DNA of 64,000 nucleotides from an uncultured Planctomycetota bacterium (GCA_963845755.1 CAWJTV010000015.1:1-64000), one strand, 5' to 3'. Shown: positions 45,266-57,594, counted from the first letter of the stretch. Made by a program: numbers and translations. The notes: generated by a model not told the origin, from the sequence alone.

Positions 45266-46650
45266 CTAGTCCAGGTGGGACACCGCGTCGACCTCGTCCT
45301 CCCAGTACTTAGGGAGCGTGTTCCACTGGTTCGGCGGCTTGGCATCGGAGATGTAGAGGTAGCCGATCCGCTTGAGGATGGCGTCCTTGATCAGCGCGCG
45401 CATGGCGTCCTGGCTGGCGATGTTGTAGGGCAGCGCTGCAAAGCGGGTCGGATCGTAAACCTTGAGGGCCGCGGTTAGCTCGAACTGGTCGAAGCCTTCA
45501 AAATTCTGGAAAACGCAAGTCACATTCGAGACGGCGTTCGCGAGGTAAGCTTCATCGCAGGGGATCCCTGGATTCGTGATCACCAAGGGATCGTGGAGTT
45601 TCTGCCGCGCGTGGTCACGGATTCGCGTGTAAATCGCCGCGTGCTGACCCTCGCGCGGTTGCTGGTCGAAGAAAAAGCCATGGACTTGGGGATAGAACCG
45701 GACCCAGCGATCGATGTCCTTCTTGATCTCGTCCAAGGCGCGATCGGCATACTGAGTGTTGACGTAACCAACCAGAGTGACACCGCGACGACTGGCCTCG
45801 GTGAAGATCGTGGCATAATCGAGGTTACGTTCTTCGCCCGGTCCGCTGGCGGGGTTGGCGATGACAACGATCTTCACCTTGGACGCGGCTGCGATGAGCC
45901 GCTGCCACTCTTTCCGGCCGGCACCGACCGGGTAGATATAGGCAGGCACGAGCAGTTGCAGTCGGTATTGCTTGGCGGCGAGGGGGGGTTGGGGTTCACC
46001 CACCCCTCGATCGGCCGGCTGTCCGGACGTCCCGGCATCGGTCGAGGTCCTGGGGTCGCCGCCCGATCGGCTTGTGGTTTTCGACGTTGCGGATGGGGTC
46101 CTGGACGCGACGGCCGGTGCCGGTTTGTCGGGGCTGGAATCGGAATCTTGCGGTTGGGTTGGCTGTTGCACAAATTTCCAACCGGAAGCGTCGGCGCCGA
46201 TCGGGTCCACAGGATCGCCAGAAAAGCCAGAACCGTCAGCCCGGCGGCCCCGCCGGAGAGCGCCCAGAGCGTCTGGCTCCGTGAGAGGCGAGGCGCCGGT
46301 GAGGGGGTATTCGCCACCGTCGGCGAAGCCGCCGGTTTCGGGGCGTTCACGGACTGCGGCGCCACCTGGGGATATGAACCCGGAGGCAGGACCGCCGTGG
46401 GCATCACCTCCGGGTCACTCCCGCTCAGTGTGCGTGCGGTCGCACGCGAGGCTTGGGATTGGCCCGCACCCGCCGCGTCGGTCGGGTACCACCACGACGG
46501 GACCTCCTCATTCGCGCTCCCGCCTGAGGTCGAGACCGGCGTCTGGCCAATCGACAGTGCTGCCCCGCAGACGGGACACTTCGTCCGTTTCCCAGCGTGC
46601 CGGTCCTCAGCTTTGAACGCCCTCCCACAGTCGCAGACCACTCGAATCAT
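45266..46650 (-). CDS. Zinc ribbon-TM-spherulin-4 (GH135-like) protein (frameshift ~46210)
   Basis: CDCG...CPVCG, TM helix, then LLVPAYIYP, IANPASGP, GFFFD, ITNPG, YISD..NQWNTLPKYW. Confidence 0.82.
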
Positions 46651-47136
46651 CGCCTCTGTCCCCCAGGGAGCATATTCACCATAAATACTCCCAATCACGG
46701 AATTAAGGACGCAGTCCTATGCGGCTTGATGGATGGCAACATCGATGGTATACACATTCGCGACTCGATGCAAGAACCTGGAAACGTCGCTCGGGAAAGA
46801 ATGTCTGGTCGGCATTTCCGGGATCGGGCCAGCGGAGCCAGACCTCATCGGCAATTCCCGTCCGATTCGTGAGATAGGACCAAGGGAAACGGGCATCAGC
46901 ACCCAGACGAGCCGAATCCGCGACCTGACGGATTCGCTGTGTTTACTCGTAGGTCTTTGCTACTTTCATTGATTTGTGACACCGCGATCATCCATGATTC
47001 GAATATTCTCTACCTTCGGCGCCGCCGCGCCAAGACGATCGTTTCGCATACAGCACGCCGAATTGGCTGAGGCGCCCGGACGACTGATCGGGGATGACCG
47101 AAAACCTGACGCGGCCTTCGATCGCAACTCAACCGG

Positions 47137-47422
47137 ATTCAGGACTCGCGATTCAACATTCCAAAAGAGGATACGGTTGCGAGGACACCGGGTGATCTCG
47201 CTGCCACGCACCCGCAATCGGAACGGCTCCTCTGGCCGATCCGCGGCCCGTGGGAGCGGTCGTCGCAGAGCGTCGCCAGCGGACGTTGCCAGGTAGGACC
47301 GAAAGAACGAGCATCGCCCGTACCCACCGATACTCCCTTTGAGGGGAACCCGTTTCTCTTGCGATCGTCTCAAGAAAGGAGATGACTCGGAAACCTTGAA
47401 TGTTGAATCACGAATCTTTAAT
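47137..47422. repeat. Distant 27-bp inverted repeat pair in a divergent intergenic region
   Basis: 47137-47163 versus 47396-47422, 22/27 complementary. Confidence 0.6.
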
Positions 47423-47711
47423 CCCATATCTGCGTAGGTCGCAGGGATCCTACTTTGAGTAAGACGCGAGCGAGCCAAACTGAGCCATTTGGACCTGGCC
47501 GTCGCCGACTTGATTGCGGGAACACCCTCCTACGATGACGTCGATGCAATCCTCGTGCCAGACTCCAACGAGGCTGCTCGCTGATGTCGTTGGGGGACTT
47601 CTGGTTATGGAGTGATTGAGGGTCGTCGTCGAAGAGAGTAAACTAATAGGTCATCGAACCCCGACGGTATGATGGTTTGATCGGCATGACGACGCAGCTT
47701 CAGGATGCACC

Positions 47712-49511
47712 ATGCTCGACCCTCAGGCGTCGCGATTTTGGCAGGCCGGTCTTCTCAGCGGACTGATGGACGTCGAGGGACTGACCGCCTGTTGGAACGC
47801 GATTTCGCCCGCCAAACGCGACTCTTCCGAGCACATCGACCGACGGCTTGCGCGGCAGGCGGTCCAGACCAACGCGCTGACCCTCTGGCAGGCGCAGCAG
47901 CTCCTGGCGGGGCGCACCAGCGGGTTCAAGGTCGATCGCTTCGTGCTCATGAACCTGATCGGTCAAGGCGGAATGGGGCGCGTCTACCTGGCTCGGGACA
48001 CCCGGCTCAACCGCCATGTGGCCTTGAAGATCCTCGCGCCCGAGCGGATCAACAACACGCGGGCGATCGCGCGATTCCAGCGTGAGGCGCGAGTCGGCGC
48101 CCAGTTGCAACACGAGAACCTGGTGCGCGTCTACGATTTCGGCGAGTTCAACGGCCGTTTCTTCCTGGTGATGGAGTACATCGAGGGCAAGACCACCGGC
48201 GCCTTCATCCAGGAACAAGGCCCAATGCCGCCGGCCACGGCGGTGCGACTGGTCCGGCAGATCGCTCTGGGGCTGGAGCACGCCCACCGCAAGGGACTGA
48301 TCCACCGGGATGTCAACCCGTACAACATCCTGGTCACACACGATGGTACGGCCAAACTGGCCGACCTCGGGCTGGCCATCGAGGTGGCCGACGAGGAACG
48401 GGTCACGCGCGAGGGGGCGACCGTCGGTACTTTCGACTATGTTTCACCCGAGCAGGCGCGCCACTCCCATGCAGCGGATATTCGCAGCGACATCTACTCG
48501 CTGGGATGTACCCTCTACCACATGATCGCCGGCCAGGTCCCGTTTCCCAGTCCCAGCCTACCCGAGAAACTCTTCGGGCATCAGGCGCTGGAGCCAACGC
48601 CGTTGAACCAGTTGGTACCGGGTCTGCCCGAGGGACTGATCGAAGTCGTCCGCCGGATGATGCGCAAGTCGCCGGACCAGCGGTATGCCACACCGATCGA
48701 GGTCGCGCAGGCGCTGGAGCCCTTCGTGGACGAACCCGCCGGGGTCACCGGCCGCGTCGATGCGGCGCGATTCTTCGCCCAGCCGGAACCGCAGAGCGCG
48801 GAAATCCCGGCCCAGGTCGCGGCCTTGGCGCGCGCCGGGCAAGGGAACCCGGCAGTCCCGCCGGGATCGCGATCGCCGCTAGTTGACGAGGCCCCGAGGA
48901 TCGCGGCAGCGACGACGCCATCGGCAGCGGCCGTGCTCCAACGATTCGGTCCCCTTTCTAATTTGGCAAGTGCCCCGGGCGCGACGACGGCTCGTGGTTC
49001 TTATCCGGAATCTGACACCCACGCCACCGACACTGCGGCCCCGCTGCTTAGTCCCGTGGACGATGGCGACGAGGACGAGGAGGAGATCCCACTGATCCTG
49101 GATCCCGGTCCGGAACCTTCGCTGGGCGAGTACGTGTCTCGGCTCAGGTCGTTCTTCTTGCTCGGCTCCGCTTCAGCGACCACGCGGGCGCCCGCGGGGA
49201 CCAAGTCGGACACCTCGAGCTTGACATCCGGAGACTCCGCCCCGATGTCCTGGCCAGCGCATTCCTGGTTCTTGGGGCTGATTCTACTGGTCGCATTAGT
49301 GACGGTCCTGGTCATCGCACTGGCACTGCTCGGTCTGCTTGGCAGTGCTTCAAGGGGACCGGCCGACTCGAGCCAGAACGCCTCGGCCCGCACGAGTTCC
49401 TCCTTCGCCGCCGGGCCCGCCATCCCGCCAGCCACCCGCGATCTCGACCGGGGAATCCGCTTTCTTCCCGGCAGACAGGGCGCACCACTCGGCGCGAGCC
49501 GTCTGGGCTGA
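47712..49511 (+). CDS. Ser/Thr protein kinase with C-terminal TM helix
   Basis: IGQGGMG, VALK, HRDVNPYN, DLGLA, GTFDYVSPEQ, SDIYSLG. Confidence 0.93.
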   Translation: MLDPQASRFWQAGLLSGLMDVEGLTACWNAISPAKRDSSEHIDRRLARQAVQTNALTLWQAQQLLAGRTSGFKVDRFVLMNLIGQGGMGRVYLARDTRLNRHVALKILAPERINNTRAIARFQREARVGAQLQHENLVRVYDFGEFNGRFFLVMEYIEGKTTGAFIQEQGPMPPATAVRLVRQIALGLEHAHRKGLIHRDVNPYNILVTHDGTAKLADLGLAIEVADEERVTREGATVGTFDYVSPEQARHSHAADIRSDIYSLGCTLYHMIAGQVPFPSPSLPEKLFGHQALEPTPLNQLVPGLPEGLIEVVRRMMRKSPDQRYATPIEVAQALEPFVDEPAGVTGRVDAARFFAQPEPQSAEIPAQVAALARAGQGNPAVPPGSRSPLVDEAPRIAAATTPSAAAVLQRFGPLSNLASAPGATTARGSYPESDTHATDTAAPLLSPVDDGDEDEEEIPLILDPGPEPSLGEYVSRLRSFFLLGSASATTRAPAGTKSDTSSLTSGDSAPMSWPAHSWFLGLILLVALVTVLVIALALLGLLGSASRGPADSSQNASARTSSSFAAGPAIPPATRDLDRGIRFLPGRQGAPLGASRLG

Positions 49512-50305
49512 TGGTCACTCAGATCGCGTTGCACGAGTCGGGACTCACGAGACGAGCGATTTTGCGGCCTGAATCGGTCTTGAGCAGGAGATTCGCCTGG
49601 TCCGCATCCAGGATGACCGTCCGCCGGGAGTGGATCGGCGCCCCTCACCGCCGATTCTCTGCTCCTCTCAGCTACCGACGGCCCGGAGACGGAGCAGGGA
49701 TGGTTGGTCATCAACCATTTTCCATTGGGACTGAAACTCAGCGGCTCTGGGCCATGGCGACGCAGGGCGATTGGCACCTGAGACCACCCTGTCTACCCGC
49801 CGGGCAGTCTACGAGGGTTCCGCCCGTCGAAGCCGGCTGCGATCCCAGGCACGCTTCGGCTCGCCCTCTGAGGCGCCCGGGTCGGCGGGGTCGGCGGGGA
49901 GTCGCCGAACCCGGGAGAGCCCAGGTACCGCGCCGAGTCCGGCCGCTCGTCGCGTTCCTTCGTGAGAATGAGCACAGGGCCGACGAGAACGCACAAAGAC
50001 GACCTCGGGCAATCTTTACGGCACATCCCGGCCCCAAGCAGGAGTACGCTCAACAAGACGTGCAACCTGCCACTTTCACGGCTCTGAAACATGTCTGGGT
50101 CTGCCTGAACGATCGAATGAGCCGACGGCCGTCTTGGGGGCCTGGCGCTTGCCGCGTGGCGGCATGTCCGATCCACACGCGATGTGGCGTTGGGGTCGGC
50201 AGCGGGCACGGGTTGGGCACGAACGAGAACTTCTCACCGGTGGGAGCCGGTGAGGAGTGGCTCGTGTCGATCGAGAGCAAGCGAAGGCCGATTCCCCGCT
50301 TGAGA

Positions 50306-53300
50306 CTACTCCTGGCCGCGCTTGGCGACCGATTCTCTCGGCTTGATGTCTTTCATGACCTCGGCGACCGCCACCTCGAGCTGGCGGTCGCGGCCGGCGA
50401 GGTTGTCCTCGGGGGAGTTCTCGACGTAGATGTCCGGCTGGACGGCGTGGTTCTCCATGTTGGTCCGGGCCGAGTCGGCCAGGAAGACGCCGACGCCGGG
50501 CGTCCGGATCGTCGAGCCGTCAATCAAGGAGTAGCTCCCGGTCCCGATCACGGCGCCCATCGTCGGCGTGCCGACCACCTTGCCGAGCCCGAGGGCCCGG
50601 AAGCCGGCGGGGAACATCTCGGCGTTGGAAGCACTCCGCCAGTTCTGAAGCACGACCTTCGGGCCGAAGTAGCCGGTGAAGGGGCGCTCGGTCGGCTCGA
50701 CCCGCGCGGCTGCCAGACCTCATATGGGCGCTGGACCAGGATCGCCAGCAGCTCCTGCTCGATGTTGCCGCCGCCGTTCCAGCGCTCGTCGATGACCAGG
50801 GCCTCCTTGTGGCGGAACTCGGCCAGCTCCTTCTTGAACTTTGCCAGCGAGGACGGATCCATCGCCTGGATATGCAAGTAGCCGACCCGGTCGCCAGATA
50901 GCTTGTTCAACTCGCTTGCGCCGCTCCTTGACCCAGCGATCGTAGCGGAGGCCGTTGAAGGCGGTTACCGAGATCGGCTCATACTTGACCTTCCAGGCGC
51001 CTTCCGGCGCGGGCTTGTCGTTGAGCGTCAGCTCGACCTTGCGATTGAGCCGGCGGCCGAGGAACGCGTAGTAATCATCGCCGGCCTTCACGGGCTTGCC
51101 GTCGATGCCGATCAGGTAGTTCCCCTTGGCGACCTTGATCCAATCCTTGTCGGCCGGCCCGTCCTCGTAGACATGGGCGACCTTGTAATGGCCGTTCGCC
51201 GCATCCGCCTCGAGGTCGAGGCCAAGGTGGCGCGTGATGACCGGCGTAGCCTCGCCCGCGCCCGCGGTCCGGCCGCGACCGGCCGAGGCCCCGGTGTGTG
51301 AGGCGTTCAACTCGCCAATCATCTCGTTGATCACATTCATCAGCTCGTGCCGGTCGGCGACGTAGGCCACCAGCGGCTTGTACTTGGCACGCATGGCGTC
51401 CCAATCGGTGCCGTGCAGCTTCGGATCGTAGAAGCGATACTTCATGCAGCCGCCAGGCGTCGTCGAACATCTCGTCCCACTCCTGGGGCTTCTCGATCCG
51501 GACGGTGACGTTGAAGTTGATCCGTCGCTTCACACCGCCGCCCGCTCCCGCGGCACCGGCGGAATCGCCGCCATCGCCGCCACCCCGCAAGCCGCCACCC
51601 CCGCCACCCCGGCCGGCCATCGCGGCGAAACCGCCGGCGCCACCTCCGCCTCCACCACCGACGTTCGTCGTGTAGACGGACTCGCCTTCCTGGAAGTAGA
51701 GGGTCCGGCCGTCTTTGGTGAGAGCGAGGTGTGAGATGCCGCCGCGGAACCCGCCCCGGAACCCGCGCGGCCGGTCATCGCCCTCGGCGCCGGTGGCTCT
51801 AGGCGTGGCCGTGGCGAGCCGAGTCATCCGCTTGCCATTATCCTGGATCGAGTAGATCGAGGTCGTGCCGCCTCCGCCCCGGGCGCCTCCGCGCCGCGGC
51901 CACTCGCACCTCCCGCGGCTCCTTCCGAGGCGACGAAGATGACCGTGCGGCCGTCGCGGGCCGGCAGGTAATTGAATACCGAGCCAGCCCGGGTGACTTG
52001 CCGGGTGCGCCGCTTCAGGCCGGCATGGTCGATCTGGGGCGTCTTGGGTGTCACCACCCGCGCCGGTGCTCCCCGACCTGCGGCCCGGTCCCGCTTCCGG
52101 GCGCGGTTCCGGCTCGTCGGGGTCGCTGGTCAGCTTCTCCAGCGGCACGCAGAAGATTTGCGACGTCGGCCGAGTCTCGCCGCCGAACTCGCCCTCGCGG
52201 CGCGTGAAGTACACCTTGGTGCCGTCGGCCGAGAACCGCGGGTTGGACTCGTCGGCCGAGTCGAACGTGATCTTCTTCTCCTCGCCGCCGGCGCTGGGGA
52301 TCAGGTAGATGTCCGTCGAACGGGTCAGGTCGGCCTTCGAGTAGGCGAGCAGCTTCCCGTCCGGCGACCAGGCGGGCGTGCCGATCGGCCCATAGACCGT
52401 CGCGGTAATCTCCTTAAGATTCTTGCCGTCTGCGCTCATCGTGTAGAGCTTGCGGTCCGACGTGGTGAACGCGATCGACTTGCTGTCCGGCGACCAGGTG
52501 AAGGACGACTTGAGGGCATCCAGGTCGGTGACCTTCTGAGCGGTACCGGAGCCGTCGGCGGCGATGATGTGGATCTCCTCCCGGCCACCGGGGTCGGTGA
52601 CGAAGGCGATCCGCTTCCCGTCCGGGGAATACACCACGTCCCGGTCGCGAGCCGCGCCCTCGGTCAGTTGGCGAAGCTCGCCCCCCTCTTCATCCGTCGG
52701 CACGCTGAACAGCTCGCCATGGACGCTCAGCACGATTCGCTTGCCGTCAGGCGCCAGGTCGAAATCGTTGACCGTCCCGTTGAAGTCGCGGAACTCGGTC
52801 AAGGTCTCCTGCGTCTCGGCGGCGATTTGAAGCGCGATCGGCTTGACTTCCCGGCTGGCGACGTCAAGCTTCCAAATGCCGAAATCGTGCTCGAACACGA
52901 TCGTCTTCCCATCGCCGCTCATGCCCGGGAAGCGGACATCGCCCGCGGTGAAGCGGGTCACCTGCTCGGCCGTTCCGTCGGTCTCGCGCACCCTCCAGAT
53001 GTTGGTTAACCCCTTTCCTTCCCGGTCGCTGACGAAGTAGATGAAGCCATCATGGCCCCAGAGTGGCCAGGCGTCCATGCCATCGAAGCTGCCCACGTCC
53101 TTGAACGTCCGCGCGGCCAGATCCATGACCGTGACGTCACTCTGATAAGCACCCCGGTAATACTTCCGCCAGTAAGCCTGGGATTTGCGGTTGATGGCCA
53201 ACTTGGTTCCGTCCGGTGAGTACGAGCCGGCGACACCCATGTCCGGTCCGGCGTCTCGGGGTAGGCCGCCCTCGATCGAGACCACGTACAACTTCCCCAT

Positions 53301-53693
53301 GAAATCCTCGCCGCGCTGACTGGCAAACAACACGTTTTTCCCATCAGGCGTCCAGTCCAGTACGGATTCGTCGGCGGAATGGACCGTCAGGCGCCGGACT
53401 GCCCCGCCGCCGGCCGGGATCAGATAGACGTCCATGTTCCCCTCGCGGTCGGAGGAGAACGCGATCCATCGACCGTCGGGCGAGAACTGCGGATAGATAT
53501 CACGGGCCTTGTGCACAGTCAAACGCTGGAGATTCTTCCCATCCTCATCGGCCGTCCAGATGTCGCCAAGATAGGCAAAAGTAAGCTTGCCTGCATGGTA
53601 ATCCGGGTAACGGACCAGTCGGGCTTCGCGGGCGGTCGCCAGGTGAGGGATGCTGAGGAGCATGGTCAGGTAGAGCGGGATGCGTCTCATCAT
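50306..53693 (-). CDS. Tricorn-like S41 protease (PD40 propellers, PDZ, S41 core); several frameshifts
   Basis: YLGDIW, WRKYYRG, YRFYDPKLHG, MIGELNASH, GYLHI, DERWNGGG, SASNAE, GKVVGTPT. Confidence 0.88.
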
Positions 53694-54290
53694 GGATGTA
53701 TACTCTGAGGGGATCAGGGAATCGCAACCTGCGGGGACGTTCGTGGCAAAGGATGTCCAAAGTCCACCCAAAATAGGCGACAACGAATGCAGCGAGGGCC
53801 CGCCGGTTCAGTTCGGGGGCGAGAATCAACCGAAAGCCGGTCGCGACACGTGATGGACCGTTCTCGACGGCGCCGTCCGCCGGCTTCGGCGTCTCGGATT
53901 TCTCGGCATGATCACGATGGAGGGCCAGGTTGTCGAGACCCTGGCGCAACCAGAGTCGGAATCAAGACCCCAGGATCGGCCATCCGGTGGGTTTCTTGGT
54001 ATTGAGTTAGGCCATCGCGTATCTCTCTGTCGCTAGATAATATTGACTGCGCTCTGGGTTGTTGCCGCAAGCACTCATTCGGTGATCAACCACCCCCCCC
54101 TGCGACGAAGACCGTGGACACTCTGTTCAGAGCAGAGAATCGATCGAACCGCGACTGTGAAGTGCGGCCCGAGGCCCGACGTGATTCAGCCGCTCCCTCT
54201 CAGTCATCGTTCTCTGGGTTTGTAGCATGAAGGCGGTGCTGTGAACCTTCATCCAGTCCTTTGTCCGAACTCGATCGAGGATTCTCGAAG

Positions 54291-55907
54291 ATGATCCGGC
54301 GAATTCGCGAGATGTTGCTGAGCCTGACCAGCATGTTAGTCGCAATCGTCGCCCTCTCCTCCTTGCTCATAGCGAGCTACTCCCTGGAGACCTGGCCGTG
54401 GGGCGTCCATCGGCCAATCCGGGAACAGTACGAATTGCGGGTGGTGCGTCGTGTGAAACTGGCTCCGACCTTGAGTGCTCCCGGGCGAGTGGAGAGCTCC
54501 CGCAGGACTCTGATCCGATGCGAGCTCGAGAACATTTCCGGTGGCTCGGCCAGGACCAGTACAGCCTCGACCATCCTCTGGCTGATTCCGGAGGGGAGCA
54601 TGGTCAAGAAAGGCGACGTTCTGGCCAAGCTCGATGTGTCCGGTTTCGACGAGATGCTTCGTCAACAAACGATTCTTGTCGAGCAGGCCAAGTCCAGCCA
54701 CCTCCAGGCCACGCTCGATCACGAGATCGCCCAACTTGCGGTCAAGGAGTATCTCGAAGGCACGGTGCCGGAAACCGTCTCGCAGATGGAGAGCAGCCTC
54801 GCGCTGGCGAGCTCGGACAAGACCCGGGCCGAAGACCGCCTGGACTGGACCAAGAAAATGAACCAGAAGGGGTACGCCTCGATCGCGCAGATCGAGACCG
54901 ACAAACAGACTGTCACGACCGCGGAACTCGCCCTCCAGAGACAGGTCGGTTCGTATGATTTGTTCATGCGGTTCACGCTGCCGAAGACGCAGAAGACCCT
55001 GGAAGGCGATGTGAAAGCCGCATTGACCTCGCTGCACAACGAACAGGTTCGCCTGCAGCGACAACTCGAACGGTACGAGACGCTGAAGAAACAGGTTGAC
55101 AATTGCACCATCCGCGCTCCTCAGGACGGCGTCGTCTACTATCACCAACCTCGCCCCGGACGGGGTGGACCCAACTCCCTGGATCAGCCGATCGAGGAGG
55201 GAATGGCCGTACGACAGAAACAGGAGATCTTCTATCTGCCGGACCTGTCGGATATGGAGATTCAGATGGCACTGAATGAGTCGATCGTGGCCCGGATCTC
55301 CCCCGGCCTGCGGGCACAGGTCCGGTTCGAGGCCGTGCCGGATCTGGTGCTCGAGGGCGAAGTCGCCACCATCAATCAGATTCCCCTCCAAGGTTCGCGA
55401 GAGGAAGACATCCGCAATTTCGTCAGCATCGTCAAGCTTGACCGGAGTGCTCCCGGCCTGAAGCCGGGCATGACCGCGCAGGTCTATGTCAGCCTACCTC
55501 AACGCGAGGGCGTTTTGGTCGTCCCGCATGAGGCGGTCGTAACCGAGGAAGGTCGCAGCGTCTGCTTCCTGCCGCGCGAAGATCACCTGGAGCGTCGCGA
55601 GGTCAAAGTGGGAGAAGGCACCTCTGATTTGATCGAGATCACCGAAGGACTCACCGAAGGCGATGAGGTCGTGCTCAATCCACCCGTGCGGGCAAGTCGC
55701 CCCCGCTCTTTGGCGGGTTTCGACGATTCCATGCCCTGGCCGGCCGCCGATTTCTCCAAGGTCGCCCCCTCGGCGAAGTTCGGAAATCGGGGTGGCCGAG
55801 CGTCCGCAGACCCCGGCGAACCCCGCAAAGGCCGCCGCAACGGCGGCGACCCGACCAGAAAGGGACGCGGGCGAGCACCTCGCAACACCGATCCTGCGAC
55901 CGAGTGA
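54291..55907 (+). CDS. Efflux periplasmic adaptor (membrane fusion protein)
   Basis: TM helix, IPEGSMVKKGDVLAKLD, coiled coil, TIRAPQDG, LKPGMTA, EITEGL.EGDEV. Confidence 0.88.
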   Translation: MIRRIREMLLSLTSMLVAIVALSSLLIASYSLETWPWGVHRPIREQYELRVVRRVKLAPTLSAPGRVESSRRTLIRCELENISGGSARTSTASTILWLIPEGSMVKKGDVLAKLDVSGFDEMLRQQTILVEQAKSSHLQATLDHEIAQLAVKEYLEGTVPETVSQMESSLALASSDKTRAEDRLDWTKKMNQKGYASIAQIETDKQTVTTAELALQRQVGSYDLFMRFTLPKTQKTLEGDVKAALTSLHNEQVRLQRQLERYETLKKQVDNCTIRAPQDGVVYYHQPRPGRGGPNSLDQPIEEGMAVRQKQEIFYLPDLSDMEIQMALNESIVARISPGLRAQVRFEAVPDLVLEGEVATINQIPLQGSREEDIRNFVSIVKLDRSAPGLKPGMTAQVYVSLPQREGVLVVPHEAVVTEEGRSVCFLPREDHLERREVKVGEGTSDLIEITEGLTEGDEVVLNPPVRASRPRSLAGFDDSMPWPAADFSKVAPSAKFGNRGGRASADPGEPRKGRRNGGDPTRKGRGRAPRNTDPATE

Positions 55908-56106
55908 TGAGCCGGATTCCCATCCGAGGATGGACTTGGTGAAACTTTTGTTTTACAATGAGCTTCGATGGACTTGGGGTCGAGTGGCCACCCACGCCGG
56001 ATCCCAGGTTATACGAATGGATAGGCTCTCCGCTCGGACCGGCTAGATCTGTCGTTTCGTCGAGATCATGGCAGGGAGTTGGAGAGCGGCGCGATGAGGT
56101 TACCCC

Positions 56107-57594
56107 ATGCAAGGGCGACGCAGTTCCCGGCTGGCATCGATCGGAGTCTGGTTGATTCGGCTCGCCAGCGTGCTGGCGGTGGTCGGAGGCTTGGTATTCG
56201 GATGGGCGCGATATCACGGCCGGAGGCCACCGGGTGAGCGCTACGCGATCACGGGCGTTCGACGGACGAACCTCTACCCGACCTTGATCGCCAGCGGGCG
56301 GGTCGAGAGTGCGAAGCGGACCTTGATCCAGTGCCAGCTCGAGAATGTCGCGGTGGGCGTCCGGGGCCAGCGGCTCTCGGCAGGCGGGGCATCGACCCTG
56401 ATCCGCCTGATCCCCGACGGCACGCTCGTGAAACGAGGCGAGGTGCTGGCGGTCCTGGACTCCTCCGATTACGAGGAGCTGGTCCGTCTCCAGCTCATCA
56501 CCGTGGAGCGGTCCAAGGCCGACCTCCTTCAAGCCCAGCTCGACCACGAGATCGCCAGGCTGGCGGTCCTGGAATTCCGCGAGGGGACGATGCAGGAGAC
56601 TCTCGAGGACTTCCGGGGCAGGATTACCCTGGCACGATCCGACCTGGAACGCGCGAACGACCGCATGAATTGGTCTCGAAGCATGAAGCAGAAGGGCTAT
56701 GTCTCGGTGAGTACCGTCCGAAGCGACGAGTTCGCCGCGGCGCGGGCGGAAGAGACCCTGAAGCAGGAAGAGTCGGCCTCCGAGCTCTTCCGCAAGTACA
56801 CGGCGCCCCGGACGCTCCGCGAACTGGAAGGCGCGGTCGTCGGAACCGGGGCCACCCTCAGTTATCAGCAGCTTCGCACCCAGCGCCATGTCGCGCGCCT
56901 GGCCATGCTGGAGAAGCAGGTTGTGTCATGCACGATCCGGGCTCCGCATGACGGCTTCGTCATCCATGCGAATGACAACCGCCGCCAGATCATCATCGAG
57001 GAAGGGATGCCGGTTTATGAGAGGCAACCCCTATTCTACCTTCCCGACCTCAACGAGATGGAGATTGTCGCACAGCTCCACGAGTCCATCGTCAAGGAGG
57101 TCCGTCCGGGCATGGGGGCCAAGGTCGAAGTGGAGACGTTTCCCGACCGCGAGATGGAAGGACTCGTCGAAGCGGTCTCGCCCCTGCCCACGCTCCAATG
57201 GCGGACCGATGTCCGCTACTTCGACGCGATCGTGAAGATCGCGAAATCCCCGCCCGGTCTCCGGCCGGGAATGACCGCGCAGGTTGAGATCACGATGCCG
57301 AGCCGCCAGAATGTCCTGACCATCCCCACGGAAGCCGTGGCGTCGGATGAGGGTCAAGATATCTGTCTTGTCGTCCATGAAGATGGATTGGAACGGCGCC
57401 AGGTGAAGTTGGGACAGGTTACGCGTGAGATGACCGAAGTCACCGATGGACTGCGCGAAGGGGAGCAAGTGGTCCTCAATCCGAAGCAGGAAGACGCCGG
57501 TGTCGACAATCCGATCGACGCGGTCGATGTGGTCGGGTCCGGCGAACTGGCGAATTCGGACTCCGCCGCAACAGAGGTTGCCGCAGCGCGGTGA
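56107..57594 (+). CDS. Efflux periplasmic adaptor (membrane fusion protein), paralog
   Basis: IPDGTLVKRGEVLAVLD, TIRAPHDG, LRPGMTA, EVTDGLREGEQV. Confidence 0.88.
   Translation: MQGRRSSRLASIGVWLIRLASVLAVVGGLVFGWARYHGRRPPGERYAITGVRRTNLYPTLIASGRVESAKRTLIQCQLENVAVGVRGQRLSAGGASTLIRLIPDGTLVKRGEVLAVLDSSDYEELVRLQLITVERSKADLLQAQLDHEIARLAVLEFREGTMQETLEDFRGRITLARSDLERANDRMNWSRSMKQKGYVSVSTVRSDEFAAARAEETLKQEESASELFRKYTAPRTLRELEGAVVGTGATLSYQQLRTQRHVARLAMLEKQVVSCTIRAPHDGFVIHANDNRRQIIIEEGMPVYERQPLFYLPDLNEMEIVAQLHESIVKEVRPGMGAKVEVETFPDREMEGLVEAVSPLPTLQWRTDVRYFDAIVKIAKSPPGLRPGMTAQVEITMPSRQNVLTIPTEAVASDEGQDICLVVHEDGLERRQVKLGQVTREMTEVTDGLREGEQVVLNPKQEDAGVDNPIDAVDVVGSGELANSDSAATEVAAAR

Noticed and set aside
49512..50300. 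Possible structured ncRNA (RNase P, tmRNA) in a long intergenic region
   Set aside because: Signature motifs such as GAGGAAAGTCC were not found; only short GC hairpins.
51530..51920. GGC-rich repeats inside the tricorn-like gene
   Set aside because: They encode Gly/Arg-rich low-complexity linkers that are common in planctomycete proteins.
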